Source: an uncultured delta proteobacterium (GTDB lineage Bacteria > Desulfobacterota > Desulfobacteria > Desulfobacterales > JAHEIW01). From it: a stretch of DNA of 64,000 nt. The stretch covers positions 96,001-160,000 of the forward strand of contig CAVPNL010000004.1 of the NCBI GenBank assembly GCA_963706575.1, read 5' to 3'. A model generated the notes under the pieces. That model was not told where the DNA came from and made no database searches. It was given only the letters and a program-made list of their open reading frames with translations. Below are positions 9,237 through 19,868 of this stretch, in pieces. The position numbers and the translations under genes were made by a program. The number at the start of each line of letters is the position of its first letter. The stretch's first letter is position 1.

Positions 9237-10112
9237 TTAGTTTTTTTTATTCAGCAGCGGAAACCCCATGCTTTCGCGCTGTTTCAAATACCCTTCTGCG
9301 CTCGCCCGTGCGAGGTTTCTTATCCGGCCAATATAGCCGGTCCTTTCGGTCACACTGATGGCGCCCCGGGCATCCAGAAGATTAAATGTATGGGAACATT
9401 TCAGGCAATACTCGTAAGCCGGCAGAACAAGCCCATCTTCCGCTTGACGTTTGGACTCCGCCTCGTACTTTTTGAATAAATCAAATAAGGCGGTTACATC
9501 GGCTTTTTCAAAATTGTAGGTCGACTGCTCGACTTCTTGCTGATGATGGACATCACCATATTTGATCTCATTGTTCCATTGCAGATCATAAACATTATCC
9601 ACACCCTGAAGATACATCGCGATTCTTTCCAGACCGTATGTCAGTTCGACGGGAATGGGGTGCAATTCAATACTGCCGGCCATCTGAAAATAGGTAAATT
9701 GGGTGATTTCCATTCCATCCAGCCAGACTTCCCAGCCCAGGCCGGAAGCCCCCAGGGTAGGCGATTCCCAATCGTCTTCCACAAAACGGATATCATGATC
9801 GAGGGGATCAATGCCCAACACCTTCATGCTCTGAAGATATTGTCTTTGAACATCAAAAGGTGACGGTTTCAAAATGACCTGATACTGATAGTAATGCTGC
9901 AGGCGGTTGGGATTATCACCGTACCGGCCGTCAGTGGGCCGCCGGGAAGGTTGAACATAAGCAACATTCCAGGGCTCCGGACCCAGCGCCTTTAAAGTCG
10001 TGGTCGGGTGGAATGTCCCTGCGCCGACTTCCATATCATAAGGTTGTGCCATCACGCAGCCCTTACGGGCCCAAAATTTGTTCAGTTCAAAAATGACATC
10101 CTGAAAGTACAT
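9237..10112 (-). CDS. glyQ: Glycine--tRNA ligase alpha subunit
   Basis: [35 protein letters not shown] and ELTYGLER. Confidence 0.98.
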   Translation of the reverse strand: MYFQDVIFELNKFWARKGCVMAQPYDMEVGAGTFHPTTTLKALGPEPWNVAYVQPSRRPTDGRYGDNPNRLQHYYQYQVILKPSPFDVQRQYLQSMKVLGIDPLDHDIRFVEDDWESPTLGASGLGWEVWLDGMEITQFTYFQMAGSIELHPIPVELTYGLERIAMYLQGVDNVYDLQWNNEIKYGDVHHQQEVEQSTYNFEKADVTALFDLFKKYEAESKRQAEDGLVLPAYEYCLKCSHTFNLLDARGAISVTERTGYIGRIRNLARASAEGYLKQRESMGFPLLNKKN

Positions 10113-10135
10113 AGCGTATTCCTTTTCTTTCGCAC

Positions 10136-10214
10136 TTGTGTTTGGTGTTTAGTTTTTAGTGATCGGTATTGCGCCCTCACAAAACACTAAACACAAAATA
10201 CCAAACACGAACGA
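10136..10214. repeat. gtgttt(a/g)g / ctaaacac 7-mer inverted-repeat cassette
   Basis: tgtgtttggtgtttagtttttagtg...caaaacactaaacacaaaataccaaacac; same family at 19972-20080. Confidence 0.8.
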
Positions 10215-10215
10215 C

Positions 10216-11274
10216 TCAATGAACCACCAGCCCCTGCGAGTCAATTTTTAGCTCCAGCAGACGCCCCTCTTTTTCAGACGAAAGTATCTCTTCCCACATA
10301 GGTCTCAAGCTGTCAATATGTTTAACCTCCCCCAATGCCCAGATACATCCGCCACCCCCTGCACCGGTAAACCTGGCACCACAATTATGAGCCACAGCCG
10401 CCTTCATCAATTGAACGCCGACCGCGTCGAGCACATCCGGGGTCATTTTTCGTCGAATTGCGGTTTCCCTGTTCATCAATTCGGCCGCCTTCATATAATT
10501 TCGGTCGGCCAGGTAATTGACAAACTGCCGGGTACAGGCAACGATTTCAGCCCAGGAATCCCGAAATTTTCCGGCAAGAAATTGGTGAACCCAACGGCTG
10601 TTGATATCTTTTGACTCGTGTGGTTTTCCGCAATATGCCAGTAGCAGGTGTTTTTCGAGATTTTTATGGGATATTTTCGGCAGTACCATTTTTTTTCTAA
10701 ATTGAGGATTTTCAATGCTGACCGGCCATATCCAAGCGTTGACACCGCCATATATGGCTGCCAGCTGATCCTGCATACCACAGGGAACACCGGCGACACT
10801 TTCCTCAAGCCCGTGGGCCAGAGAGGCAATGCCGGGCCGGGTCAACGGCCTGGCTGAAGACGCCTGCAGCCATAATTTCGATAAGGCCGCAATCAGCGCT
10901 ACAGCAGCTGCCGATGATCCGCCCAGAGCACTGCGCGGTGGTGATTGGGATTCAACCTGGACGTGAACATTTTTGGCGTTAAAATATACGGCAACCGCAA
11001 GCATCAAACCCAGCGGATGTATAAAGGGGGCCCGGTCGATGGGAAATTCGACACTTTTAAATCCTCTGGAAGAAATTTTTATGCGGTCATTGTGATGGGG
11101 CAAAAGACGAACCCGGGTTCTGAGCCCCACAGCGATGTTAAACGTGCAGGGGCATAGATGGCGCAGCGCGTAATAGAATGTGCGAATGTCCAGTGTGCCC
11201 CCCATATCGATTCGACAGGGCGCCGATGCCTCGATCGGTTTTTTTTCTAATATGCGTTGAAATTTATTCGCCAT
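10216..11274 (-). CDS. GHMP-family sugar kinase (HddA/galactokinase-like)
   Basis: APCRIDMGGTLD, PPRSALGGSSA, GMQDQ and GARFTGAGGGG. Confidence 0.85.
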   Translation of the reverse strand: MANKFQRILEKKPIEASAPCRIDMGGTLDIRTFYYALRHLCPCTFNIAVGLRTRVRLLPHHNDRIKISSRGFKSVEFPIDRAPFIHPLGLMLAVAVYFNAKNVHVQVESQSPPRSALGGSSAAAVALIAALSKLWLQASSARPLTRPGIASLAHGLEESVAGVPCGMQDQLAAIYGGVNAWIWPVSIENPQFRKKMVLPKISHKNLEKHLLLAYCGKPHESKDINSRWVHQFLAGKFRDSWAEIVACTRQFVNYLADRNYMKAAELMNRETAIRRKMTPDVLDAVGVQLMKAAVAHNCGARFTGAGGGGCIWALGEVKHIDSLRPMWEEILSSEKEGRLLELKIDSQGLVVH

Positions 11275-11288
11275 AAGTAAATTAATTT

Positions 11289-11406
11289 ATCACGAAAGCA
11301 CGAAAGATCAAAAACACGAAAAAAGAATTATAAATAAAATTTCGTGTTTTCGTGGTTAGTTTTTATAGCCTTCAATCCGCATTCCGCATTCCGAAATCCG
11401 CATTCG
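11289..11406. repeat. CACGAAA inverted cassette plus ttccgca 7-mer tandem repeat
   Basis: atcacgaaagcacgaaa...cacgaaa / tttcgtgttttcgtgg, then aatccgcattccgcattccgaaatccgcattcg next to the recO stop. Confidence 0.8.
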
Positions 11407-11408
11407 AT

Positions 11409-12173
11409 TTATTTTCGGATTTGCCTCAAAAACTTTAGACTCTTCGGCTGCATTCCCATAATATAGGGCACAAATGCCTCGAGAAATTCAAGACTTTCCT
11501 TTATCGCCTGCGCCCCGAATCGGATCCGTGAGGCTTTCTTCAGGTCCCCGCTTTCGACCCAGAGCAGTTGTTTAATCGTTCCCTTAGAAAGCCGGATGCG
11601 ACCACCGGCGCCAGAGGTACACTCATCGCATAAGATAGCGCCCTTGGCAATATCAAAGACAACCTGATTGGACTGGATCATTTCCAGATTTTTGCGGCAA
11701 CGCCCGCATTGCCTCAAACTGGGGCTGTGCCCGGAAAGGTTCAGCAGCCTCATCTGAAAAAAAATACTTATTTCAGCTGCTGCAGGTGCGTCGCCGTCAA
11801 GCTGACTCAGTGCATGCCTCAAAAGATAATATAGCGAGGCCTGCTTTTGGTTTTCTTCTACCCAGTTATTTAACAGCTCACACCAGTAGCTGGCATAGGC
11901 GGTTTTTCTAATATCATTCCGAATGGAACCAAAAGGTGATATTAAAGTCACTTCCTGCAGGACAGGCAGGCCACGGCCTTTTCCCGTGCTGGCAACTGTA
12001 TCCAGAAGTGAAAAAAGCTCAAGGACACCTGCAAATCGTTTCTTACTTTTTTTAGCAGATTTTGCAATTAAAGAAATTTTGCCCCGCTCCAGCGACAAAA
12101 ATGTTAGGATGAGATCAAAATCCCCATAATCGAGTCTGCGAAGCAAAATGGCAGGCGTGGAAAATACCGACAT
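11409..12173 (-). CDS. recO: DNA repair protein RecO
   Basis: AILLRRLDYGDFDLIL...GKISLIAKSAKKSKKRF and CxxC...CxxC zinc motif; start placed at ATG 12173. Confidence 0.93.
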   Translation of the reverse strand: MSVFSTPAILLRRLDYGDFDLILTFLSLERGKISLIAKSAKKSKKRFAGVLELFSLLDTVASTGKGRGLPVLQEVTLISPFGSIRNDIRKTAYASYWCELLNNWVEENQKQASLYYLLRHALSQLDGDAPAAAEISIFFQMRLLNLSGHSPSLRQCGRCRKNLEMIQSNQVVFDIAKGAILCDECTSGAGGRIRLSKGTIKQLLWVESGDLKKASRIRFGAQAIKESLEFLEAFVPYIMGMQPKSLKFLRQIRK

Positions 12174-12177
12174 GGAA

Positions 12178-13530
12178 TCATAGACCAAGGAGAGCGGTGG
12201 CTATTGTGAAATAAAACGTTACACTGATAATATCGATAGCGGTCGTTACAAAAGGCCCTGTTGCAACAGCAGGATCAATATTGATGCGGGCAAAACACAT
12301 TGGGACCAGCGAGCCGACCAGCGCGGCGATAGTCATGGAGCTGATAACTGCAAGGCAAACCGCCAGCGCCAGCGCTTCCATGCTGTAGCGTACTTGAGCG
12401 ACACTGCCAATTAACAGCCCATATACAAGGCCCAAAATTACCCCGATTGACAGCTCTTTAAAAACAACGGGCCACAAATCCCTGATAACGATGCGGCCGG
12501 TTGCAAGGCCGCGAACCACGATGGTAGAGGACTGCGTGCCGATGTTACCGCCCATGCCCATAATCACGGGGATGAAAGCAGCCAGGGCAGTAATTTTATT
12601 CAGGGAGCCTTCGAATTTGCCGATGATAAAAAAAGCGATAATTCCACCTAAGCAACTGGCAAAAAGCCAGGGCAAACGTATTCTCGTGCTTTTCAGGACT
12701 GATTTAGTTTCGACAAATTCTTCACCCGCACCGGCCATCTTCAATATGTCCTCTGTGGCCTCGCGCCTGAAAATGTCGATGACATCATCCACGGTAACGA
12801 TACCTACCAGCCGGTTGGAATTGTCTACCACCGGCACGGCCAGAATATCATACCGGGCAACGATTTTGGCCACTTCCTCCTGATCCATGTCGGTCTGAAC
12901 AGAAAACACGTCGGTTGCCATAAACGCTTTCAGCGGTGTTTCAGGTGGTACCAGTACCAGCTGTCGCAGAGAGCTGACCCCGACCAGCTTGCCGTAATCA
13001 TCGACGACATAGAGATAAAAGGGCATCTCAACATCAGAGTATTCTTTTTGCAAAGATTCGATGGCCTGCCTGGCGGTGGAGTCCTCTGCCAGAGCAATAA
13101 AATCCGGTACCATGATGCCACCGGCGGTATCATCCTCATAACGCAGCAGATCTTCAACCTCTTCCGATTCCGTCCGTTTCATTTTTTCCAGGATGGTATC
13201 GGCTTTTTCCTCAGGCAGACGACCTAATAAATCAGCCACATCGTCATTGGGCATTTGTTCAAAGACTTCGACGATGTCTTCAAGCTGGATCCCTTCGGTA
13301 AGATCCAAAAAGGTGTCCGCATCCAGCTCGCTGAACAAAATTCCTTTTTGTTCGATATCTGTTATCATGCCGAATAACTCGCGCTGCTGCGAAAGCGATA
13401 ACGATCGAAAAACAGTGGAAAGGTCGGCCGCATGGGTTTTGTTTACGATATTGTTCAGGTGTGTTGTCGCTCCACGCCGCAACAGCCGTTTAATACTTTC
13501 CACCAAAATTTTTGTACGATCTGTTTGCAT
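12178..13530 (-). CDS. mgtE: Magnesium transporter MgtE
   Basis: TAGGIM, CBS pair, GIVTVDD, RLPWL, MGGNIGTQS and DPAVATGPFVTT; start placed at ATG 13530. Confidence 0.95.
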   Translation of the reverse strand: MQTDRTKILVESIKRLLRRGATTHLNNIVNKTHAADLSTVFRSLSLSQQRELFGMITDIEQKGILFSELDADTFLDLTEGIQLEDIVEVFEQMPNDDVADLLGRLPEEKADTILEKMKRTESEEVEDLLRYEDDTAGGIMVPDFIALAEDSTARQAIESLQKEYSDVEMPFYLYVVDDYGKLVGVSSLRQLVLVPPETPLKAFMATDVFSVQTDMDQEEVAKIVARYDILAVPVVDNSNRLVGIVTVDDVIDIFRREATEDILKMAGAGEEFVETKSVLKSTRIRLPWLFASCLGGIIAFFIIGKFEGSLNKITALAAFIPVIMGMGGNIGTQSSTIVVRGLATGRIVIRDLWPVVFKELSIGVILGLVYGLLIGSVAQVRYSMEALALAVCLAVISSMTIAALVGSLVPMCFARINIDPAVATGPFVTTAIDIISVTFYFTIATALLGL

Positions 13531-13591
13531 CTTCTTCAAATAAACTAAAAATAATTTTCGAAGAACCCATCTCAAAAATGTGGATCAGGGT

Positions 13592-14329
13592 TCAGGGAAG
13601 CTGAATGTTGACAACCTCCCCGGCTTTACCGGCAATTTTTATGGGCTTTCCGTTGAATTCCAATTTCAGCCCGCCGGCATTGCCAATCAGCAAATTAAAT
13701 TCCGCAGAAGCCTCCAATTCCAGTTTATCACCGGACATTAAATTGTATTCCTTGGATACCTTGTTATCGATGATGACCTTAATCCACGTGTTGTCAACTG
13801 CGGTTATATGCAGCACTAATTTTTTAAGTGGTTTTAGTGTGGCGACCTTTTTAACACTTGAATCGGTCTCTTGCCGGGGAAGCGCTGTTTCCGAATGCTC
13901 GCTGCCGGCAGGAGTTTTAACGGTTTCCGACTGCGGCATCCGACTTTGAAAATATGAAGTGCCATAAAGCGTCAGAGCAATAACCGCTAAAATGGTCGTG
14001 ATCGACAAAATCAGATTGCGCCACGCAAATAGAGAAGATCTGGGAGAAAAACGCCCGGCATCGGCCAGCCGGCTTACCATATTGAGACGAGCCTCATAAA
14101 GTTTAACTACCTCGTCACCATCGGCCCCGATGGCACAGGCATAAGAACGCAGAAAACCTTTCACAAAGACTTCATCCGGAAGCGCTTCGAGAGCCTCTTT
14201 TTCGATCAGCTGTAAATTGCTGATGGCGATGCGAGTTTCTTCCGAAACTTTTTCCAGACTTATTTTCTTCTCAAGCCGCATGGATTGAAGATAGCGGCCG
14301 AATGAAAAAGATTCTTTCTCAGTTTTCAT
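13592..14329 (-). CDS. RodZ-like HTH-TM-DUF4115 protein
   Basis: N-terminal HTH with FVKGFLRSYA, one TM segment, C-terminal IGNAGGL. Confidence 0.85.
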   Translation of the reverse strand: MKTEKESFSFGRYLQSMRLEKKISLEKVSEETRIAISNLQLIEKEALEALPDEVFVKGFLRSYACAIGADGDEVVKLYEARLNMVSRLADAGRFSPRSSLFAWRNLILSITTILAVIALTLYGTSYFQSRMPQSETVKTPAGSEHSETALPRQETDSSVKKVATLKPLKKLVLHITAVDNTWIKVIIDNKVSKEYNLMSGDKLELEASAEFNLLIGNAGGLKLEFNGKPIKIAGKAGEVVNIQLP

Positions 14330-14347
14330 AATATTTCGAGTTCCGTG

Positions 14348-15358
14348 TTATTTAATAATCTTGATATGCGACCGTTTGCGAAGCTCACTCAACCAGGTAT
14401 TGTAACGGTTGTCAATTGCTTCGTTATATAAAACATCCTCAATTTCAGCTTCAACATTAGAGAGGCTTTTTGAATCTGTCATAAGTATTTTTTGAACATA
14501 GATGATCTGATACCCTCTATCGGTTTCTAAAATGGAACTATATTCCCCTTCTTTCATATCTTTAACAGCATTTCTCAGCTGGTACGAAAGTTCATCCAGG
14601 CGGTAAAGGCCCAGGTCTGTTCCTTCAGGGCTCTCTGGAGAATCAGGTGCTTCGTCCGCAAATGATTCAAATGATCGGCCTTGCTTTAGTTGACTTAAAA
14701 CGGTCTCCATTTTCCCAAATGCAATTTGCTTTTGAGATTCGTCTGTCATCTGGGAAAACCGTATAAAAATATTCCAGAGGTGATATTTTGTTTCGCCAGC
14801 ATATTTTTCACGTTGCTCGTTGTAATATTTTCCGATTTCCTCACGGGTGATCACGATCTTGGACTTGACTTCACGATTCACCAATTTGCCCCTTAAAAGC
14901 TGATTTTTTAGATTCTCGCGATACTCTTCAATGGTCAAGCCCTGCTCGGCCAACCCCGCTCTCAAATCCTCATCGGTATAGGATCGGCTTTCTTTGATAC
15001 GTTCAATTGTCACATCAATTTCTTCCATACTGATGGTGAGTTTGTTTTTTTTGATTTGCTGGTCGGCAAGCTTTTGGTCAACCAGCTTGTTCAGCAAGTC
15101 CGACCGTAGCTTAAAAAGGGTTTCACGTAGTTTTTCAGGGGGGTAACCCAGAGCCTGGATATTTTGTTCATAGGGTTTCAGCGTTTTATTTAAATCGTAC
15201 AGGGTAATGATTTCATCATTAACCACCGCGACAATGCGATCGACAACAAGGAGTTTTTCTTCCTGAGCATTAATCGAGAAAACGGCGGTGCTGAAGGTCA
15301 ATGTCCCGCAAAAGATTATGCCTAAAAATTTATTCATTTTATTAAATAAACTTTTCAC
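14348..15358 (-). CDS. SurA-like peptidyl-prolyl isomerase/chaperone
   Basis: Signal peptide, VDRIVAVVNDEIIT, parvulin-like GTDLG and WLSELRKRSHIKI. Confidence 0.88.
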   Translation of the reverse strand: MKSLFNKMNKFLGIIFCGTLTFSTAVFSINAQEEKLLVVDRIVAVVNDEIITLYDLNKTLKPYEQNIQALGYPPEKLRETLFKLRSDLLNKLVDQKLADQQIKKNKLTISMEEIDVTIERIKESRSYTDEDLRAGLAEQGLTIEEYRENLKNQLLRGKLVNREVKSKIVITREEIGKYYNEQREKYAGETKYHLWNIFIRFSQMTDESQKQIAFGKMETVLSQLKQGRSFESFADEAPDSPESPEGTDLGLYRLDELSYQLRNAVKDMKEGEYSSILETDRGYQIIYVQKILMTDSKSLSNVEAEIEDVLYNEAIDNRYNTWLSELRKRSHIKIIK

Positions 15359-15364
15359 TTCTAA

Positions 15365-16123
15365 TCATCCTGAATCCTGGTTTGAATCTTCGTTTTCCAG
15401 CTCTTGGCCTTCTCGGTATTTTGAACCGCTGAGTTTTTCCCAGTGGGTATCGTTGATTTCAATGCTGTACTTTCGCTTAAGCTCTTTTATCCAAATTTTA
15501 TAAGCTTGCTCTGCTTTTTGCTGGCGCAGGTGTCTAATAATGTTTTCATTGATGTCTTTGTCCGGGTTTATTGATTCAGAATCGGTATCAGTGGCCTGAT
15601 AATTTTTTTCATAATAGCTGGCAATATCTTCGGGTGTAATGGAAATTTGATTCTTGAGCTCATTGTCGATCACCTTTTGCATGAGCAATCTAGTTTTTAA
15701 TCGCGCTTCCCATGATTCATAAGAAACAGCGAATTCCAGTAAGGCTTTTTCAAAAGTGTCTTCAGGATAATCGCTTTTAATTTCGCTGACGGCATTATTG
15801 ATTTCCTCAGTGGAAATGGAAAGACCCAGTTCCTCCGCTCTTTCAAGAATAATCATTTCCACTACCAGCTGGTTTAAAAGCCGAAGCCGCGCATTTCTGA
15901 AATCTTCAGGGTCATCCTTAAAGTTATGGGGATAAGCCGTTCTGGCGATTTCAAATGCTTTATTAAAGTCCAGAACCGTAAGAATCCGATCTCGAACGCG
16001 AATTAAAGGTTCGTGATCCGCATTTGATTCTGAATTCAAACAACCGCCAAAGGAACCAAAGAGCAACATGGAAAACGCTCCAAGCAACCAAATTGTTAAT
16101 GGAAAAGGTTTCGTCATGGACAA
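15365..16123 (-). CDS. SurA N-terminal-domain (lipo)protein
   Basis: Lipobox-like GGC, LNQLVVEMIILERAEELG and WIKELKRKYSIEIN; between mfd and surA. Confidence 0.75.
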   Translation of the reverse strand: MSMTKPFPLTIWLLGAFSMLLFGSFGGCLNSESNADHEPLIRVRDRILTVLDFNKAFEIARTAYPHNFKDDPEDFRNARLRLLNQLVVEMIILERAEELGLSISTEEINNAVSEIKSDYPEDTFEKALLEFAVSYESWEARLKTRLLMQKVIDNELKNQISITPEDIASYYEKNYQATDTDSESINPDKDINENIIRHLRQQKAEQAYKIWIKELKRKYSIEINDTHWEKLSGSKYREGQELENEDSNQDSG

Positions 16124-16164
16124 CTCAGCCAGATGTCTTTTTTAGGTTCTTGAAATTATAACCT

Positions 16165-19100
16165 TTAATTGTTAACACGCTGTATAATATCTTTCAATAT
16201 GTTTTTGGCCTGTCGCCGATGACCGCCGCTTTGCCCGTCCGCCATGTTCACTTTCAAAATGCTGCCCGGTGTCAATTCGTAGCGGCCAGGAGCCGCTTGA
16301 ATCATATCCACCAGTGCCTCAGTGTTTCTCATGTGAGCTCGGGAGAATTGCAGATGCATTTGTGGCCCGACCAGATCCAATCTGGTAATGCCGGCTTTTT
16401 TGGATAAAATTTTCAACATAATTTTAAAAAGAAGATTGTTGGCTTCTTCGGGCGGTTTCCCATAACGATCGATTAATTCGTTTTTAAAATCCGCAATCTC
16501 TTTGAATTCGGTCATTCTGGCCAATCGCCGATAAGCAGCCATCCGCTGGTCAATATCGGGGATATAGGATTCGGATAAAAAGGCGGACATACGAACATTG
16601 ATTTCAGGATCCAGCAGTTCCAGAGGTGTTTCGCCTTTCAATTCGGCAACGGCATTTTCCATCAACTTTAAAAACATATCGTAACCGACAGCCGCAATAT
16701 GGCCGGATTGAGAAGCACCAAGGATGGTTCCGCCGCCGCGAATCTTTAAATCATTCATGGCTATCTGAAAACCGGAACCCAAATCACTGTGTTCCATGAG
16801 GACTTTCAGACGCTTCTGGGCATCTTTCGTCAACACACTTTCGGGCGGGATAATCAAATATGCATAGGCCTGTTCATCTGAACGACCCACCCGCCCGCGC
16901 AATTGATAAATCTGAGCCAGTCCAAAACGATCGGCCCGATTAACAATGATGGTGTTGGCCGAAGGGACGTCCAAACCGGATTCAATGATCGTGGTACAAA
17001 CGAGCATATCAAATTCTTTATTTAAAAACCGATACATGACTTGCTCGAGATCAGTCTCACCCATGCGGCCATGGGCGATATCCAACCTGACTTCCGGCAC
17101 CAGTTGCTGTAATCTCCGGGCAATTTTGTTGATGCTTTGAATATTGTTGTGGACAAAAAAGATCTGGCCATGTCTCTGTATCTCTTTTCGAATTCCTTCC
17201 GCTATCAATTCCTCATCAAATTCAGAGACGTAGGTGATGATCGATTGGCGAAATTCCGGCGGTGTAGATATGATACTGATATCTCGAATACCCACCAGTG
17301 ACATATGCAGTGTACGCGGAATCGGTGTGGCGGTCAGCGCCAGCACATCCACATGCTGCTTTAATTTCTTAAGCTTCTCTTTATGGCTGACGCCAAAGCG
17401 TTGCTCTTCATCAACAACAAGCAAGCCCAAATCTTTAAAAGCGATATCTTTTTGAAGCAGCCGGTGCGTTCCGATAACGATATCGAGCTTGCCCGCTTGT
17501 AGATTCTCTATGATCTGCCTTTGTTCCCGTAACGGACGAAATCGGCTCAGGCAGGCAATATTGATCGGATAACGTTCATAACGCTTTGAAAAAGTAGCAT
17601 AATGCTGTTCGGCCAGTATGGTAGTGGGAACCAGCATCGCGACCTGTTTTCCGTTATTTACCGCTAGAAAAGATCCTCGTAAGGCCACTTCGGTTTTACC
17701 GTATCCGACATCCCCGCATATCAGTCGATCCATGGGGGTCGGCTGATACATATCGGCCAGCACGTCTTCAATGGCCTTGACCTGATCGGCCGTCTCTTCA
17801 TATTCAAATCCACCTTCAAAATCATGGAAATAACTGTCAACCGGGCTGAAGACAAACCCTTTCTCATACTTTCGCCTGGCATAAAGTTTGAGAAGCTCGC
17901 CGGCAATTTTCTCTGCAGAGCGCTTAACTCGCTCCTTTATGCGCTTCCAGGAATTACCCCCCATTTTGTCGATAACCGGCTCAATACCTTCCACCCCCAT
18001 GTATTTCTGAACCATGCTCATGCGGTCAACCGGAAGATAGAGCTTGTCGCCATCTTTATAAACGAGCAACAGAAAATCATTGGAAAGTCCGTCAATTTTC
18101 AGTTTTACCAGACCTTCATAGCGCCCGATGCCATGTTCAATATGTACGATCAGATCATCCTTTTTTAAGTCCTGCAAATCCATCAATTCAGATGGCGGCG
18201 AGCGGCGCATCAGTTTTCTGCGTCGAGAGCTTAACCCGAAAATTTCCGCTTCTGTAATAATCGCCAGCGATTCCGCTGCCCACACAAAACCCGTTGAGAG
18301 CTGCCCAAGACACAGGTATAGGGTGTCTGGTTCGATTTTTACGTTTGCAAAAGTCTTTGCGAATTTGAAACGGAAACCATATGGGGTTAGCAGGGATTTC
18401 AATCTTTCGGCCTGGGTTTTGGTTCGGCACACCATTACGGTCGTCAAACTCTTCATCCTTTTTTCATCAATCCAGGCGGCCAGTGGTTTGAGAAGATTTT
18501 CTTTTTCTTGATAATTTTTTAGACGTAAACTGACATCCGCCGTGTCGTCGATCGCCGCCTTGAACTGCATGCGATTCGCACGATTCTGCTCCTGACCTGC
18601 GCCGATCTCGAGCATTTTAAAAGCCAGCGGCTTATTTCGGTCAATACGGTCTTTGATTTGAGTCCAGCTTAGATACAGGCTCGCAGGCTCCACGCACATT
18701 TTTTTGGCCCGACAGGCGGCTTCATAACTCTCGGCAATATGATTTTCCGAATCTTTGGCCGCTCTTTCCAGATCGTCATCCTCCATAGATACGACGAGTG
18801 AATTGTCTGGCAGGTAATCAAAAACATGGTCCAGCTCCGGATAAATCAGCGCTATCAGGCTTTCGATTCCCGGAAACCCCTGTCCAAGTTGGATGGGTTC
18901 AACAATTTTTCTGATCTCGCTCAGCGGGATCTCAAGCGCCGAAGCGCGGGATCTTATGCGGTTGATGAACTGAGGCAGCAGCGCTTTATTTAAAACCATC
19001 TCCCGCGCCGGGAGTACAACAGCTTCGTCAAGGACTTGAAGGGTTCGCTGGCTGGCGGCTGAGAAGCGTCTGATTGACTCCGCCGTATCTCCAAAAAACT

Positions 19101-19680
19101 CGATTCGCAGAGGATCTTTATATAGCGGGCAGTAAATATCGACGATCCCCCCTCGAACACAAAAATCTCCCGGCTCTTCAACGATTGAAGTATGCACATA
19201 TCCCCCGCAAACCAGCTTTTCAATGAGATCTTCTCTATCGATTTCCTCACCGGCAACGATAAGTTCAGCATAGTTTATGATCTCCTGCTTCGGAATAATC
19301 TTCTGCAACAGGGCATCCACAGATGCAATAACGATCGGCGGCGTCTTATATTCCAGTAATTGATAGAGGGCGCAAATTCGCCGGGCGGCGGTTTCATTGT
19401 GATAGGCCAGGAATTTAAACGGCAAAATATTGTAGGAAGGAAACAAAAACAGCGGTACATCAGCAACATCCTGAAAAAAACGCAGGTCTTCAAAAATAGA
19501 TTGGGCCACCTTGCTGGAGGGCGCCACCACTAAAATAGGGATGCGAAGCTCCCTGTAGATTCTCCAGATAAAGTACGCCCTTTCAGAACCGCTCGTCCCA
19601 TAACATTCAACCCTGCCATTTCTATGCGGTATCTGATTTATCAGGGATCCAAGCGAATTTATTGCTTGATTTTGAACCAT
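16165..19680 (-). CDS. mfd: Transcription-repair coupling factor
   Basis: VHIEHGIGRY, DRLICGDVGYGKTEVA, DEEQRFG, TATPIPRT and QLRGRVGRS; start moved to ATG 19680 because the longer ORF overlaps the tRNA. Confidence 0.97.
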   Translation of the reverse strand: MVQNQAINSLGSLINQIPHRNGRVECYGTSGSERAYFIWRIYRELRIPILVVAPSSKVAQSIFEDLRFFQDVADVPLFLFPSYNILPFKFLAYHNETAARRICALYQLLEYKTPPIVIASVDALLQKIIPKQEIINYAELIVAGEEIDREDLIEKLVCGGYVHTSIVEEPGDFCVRGGIVDIYCPLYKDPLRIEFFGDTAESIRRFSAASQRTLQVLDEAVVLPAREMVLNKALLPQFINRIRSRASALEIPLSEIRKIVEPIQLGQGFPGIESLIALIYPELDHVFDYLPDNSLVVSMEDDDLERAAKDSENHIAESYEAACRAKKMCVEPASLYLSWTQIKDRIDRNKPLAFKMLEIGAGQEQNRANRMQFKAAIDDTADVSLRLKNYQEKENLLKPLAAWIDEKRMKSLTTVMVCRTKTQAERLKSLLTPYGFRFKFAKTFANVKIEPDTLYLCLGQLSTGFVWAAESLAIITEAEIFGLSSRRRKLMRRSPPSELMDLQDLKKDDLIVHIEHGIGRYEGLVKLKIDGLSNDFLLLVYKDGDKLYLPVDRMSMVQKYMGVEGIEPVIDKMGGNSWKRIKERVKRSAEKIAGELLKLYARRKYEKGFVFSPVDSYFHDFEGGFEYEETADQVKAIEDVLADMYQPTPMDRLICGDVGYGKTEVALRGSFLAVNNGKQVAMLVPTTILAEQHYATFSKRYERYPINIACLSRFRPLREQRQIIENLQAGKLDIVIGTHRLLQKDIAFKDLGLLVVDEEQRFGVSHKEKLKKLKQHVDVLALTATPIPRTLHMSLVGIRDISIISTPPEFRQSIITYVSEFDEELIAEGIRKEIQRHGQIFFVHNNIQSINKIARRLQQLVPEVRLDIAHGRMGETDLEQVMYRFLNKEFDMLVCTTIIESGLDVPSANTIIVNRADRFGLAQIYQLRGRVGRSDEQAYAYLIIPPESVLTKDAQKRLKVLMEHSDLGSGFQIAMNDLKIRGGGTILGASQSGHIAAVGYDMFLKLMENAVAELKGETPLELLDPEINVRMSAFLSESYIPDIDQRMAAYRRLARMTEFKEIADFKNELIDRYGKPPEEANNLLFKIMLKILSKKAGITRLDLVGPQMHLQFSRAHMRNTEALVDMIQAAPGRYELTPGSILKVNMADGQSGGHRRQAKNILKDIIQRVNN

Positions 19681-19706
19681 AAACAAAGTAATGAAACAAA
19701 GCTTGC

Positions 19707-19782
19707 GCCACCGTAGCTCAGCTGGTAGAGCAGGGCATTCGTAATGCTCAGGTCTGCGGTTCAAGTCCGCACGGTGGCTCCA
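19707..19782 (+). tRNA. tRNA-Thr(CGT)
   Basis: GCCACCG/CGGTGGC acceptor stem, TAGCTCAGCTGGTAGAGC D-arm, loop TTCGTAA, GGTTCAAGTCC T-arm and encoded CCA. Confidence 0.95.
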
Positions 19783-19791
19783 TGGTGATAG

Positions 19792-19835
19792 AATAGGGTT
19801 CCCTGGCTCTCTATCAGGAACCCTATTTTTGTTTT
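19792..19835 (+). terminator. Intrinsic terminator after tRNA-Thr
   Basis: aatagggttcc...ggaaccctatt followed by tttgtttt. Confidence 0.75.
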
Positions 19836-19868
19836 AGCCGGAGTCCTGTGGATTCGTATTTTTAAAAA

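Noticed and set aside
19681..19764. N-terminal extension of Mfd in the ORF track
   Set aside because: It is the antisense of tRNA-Thr.
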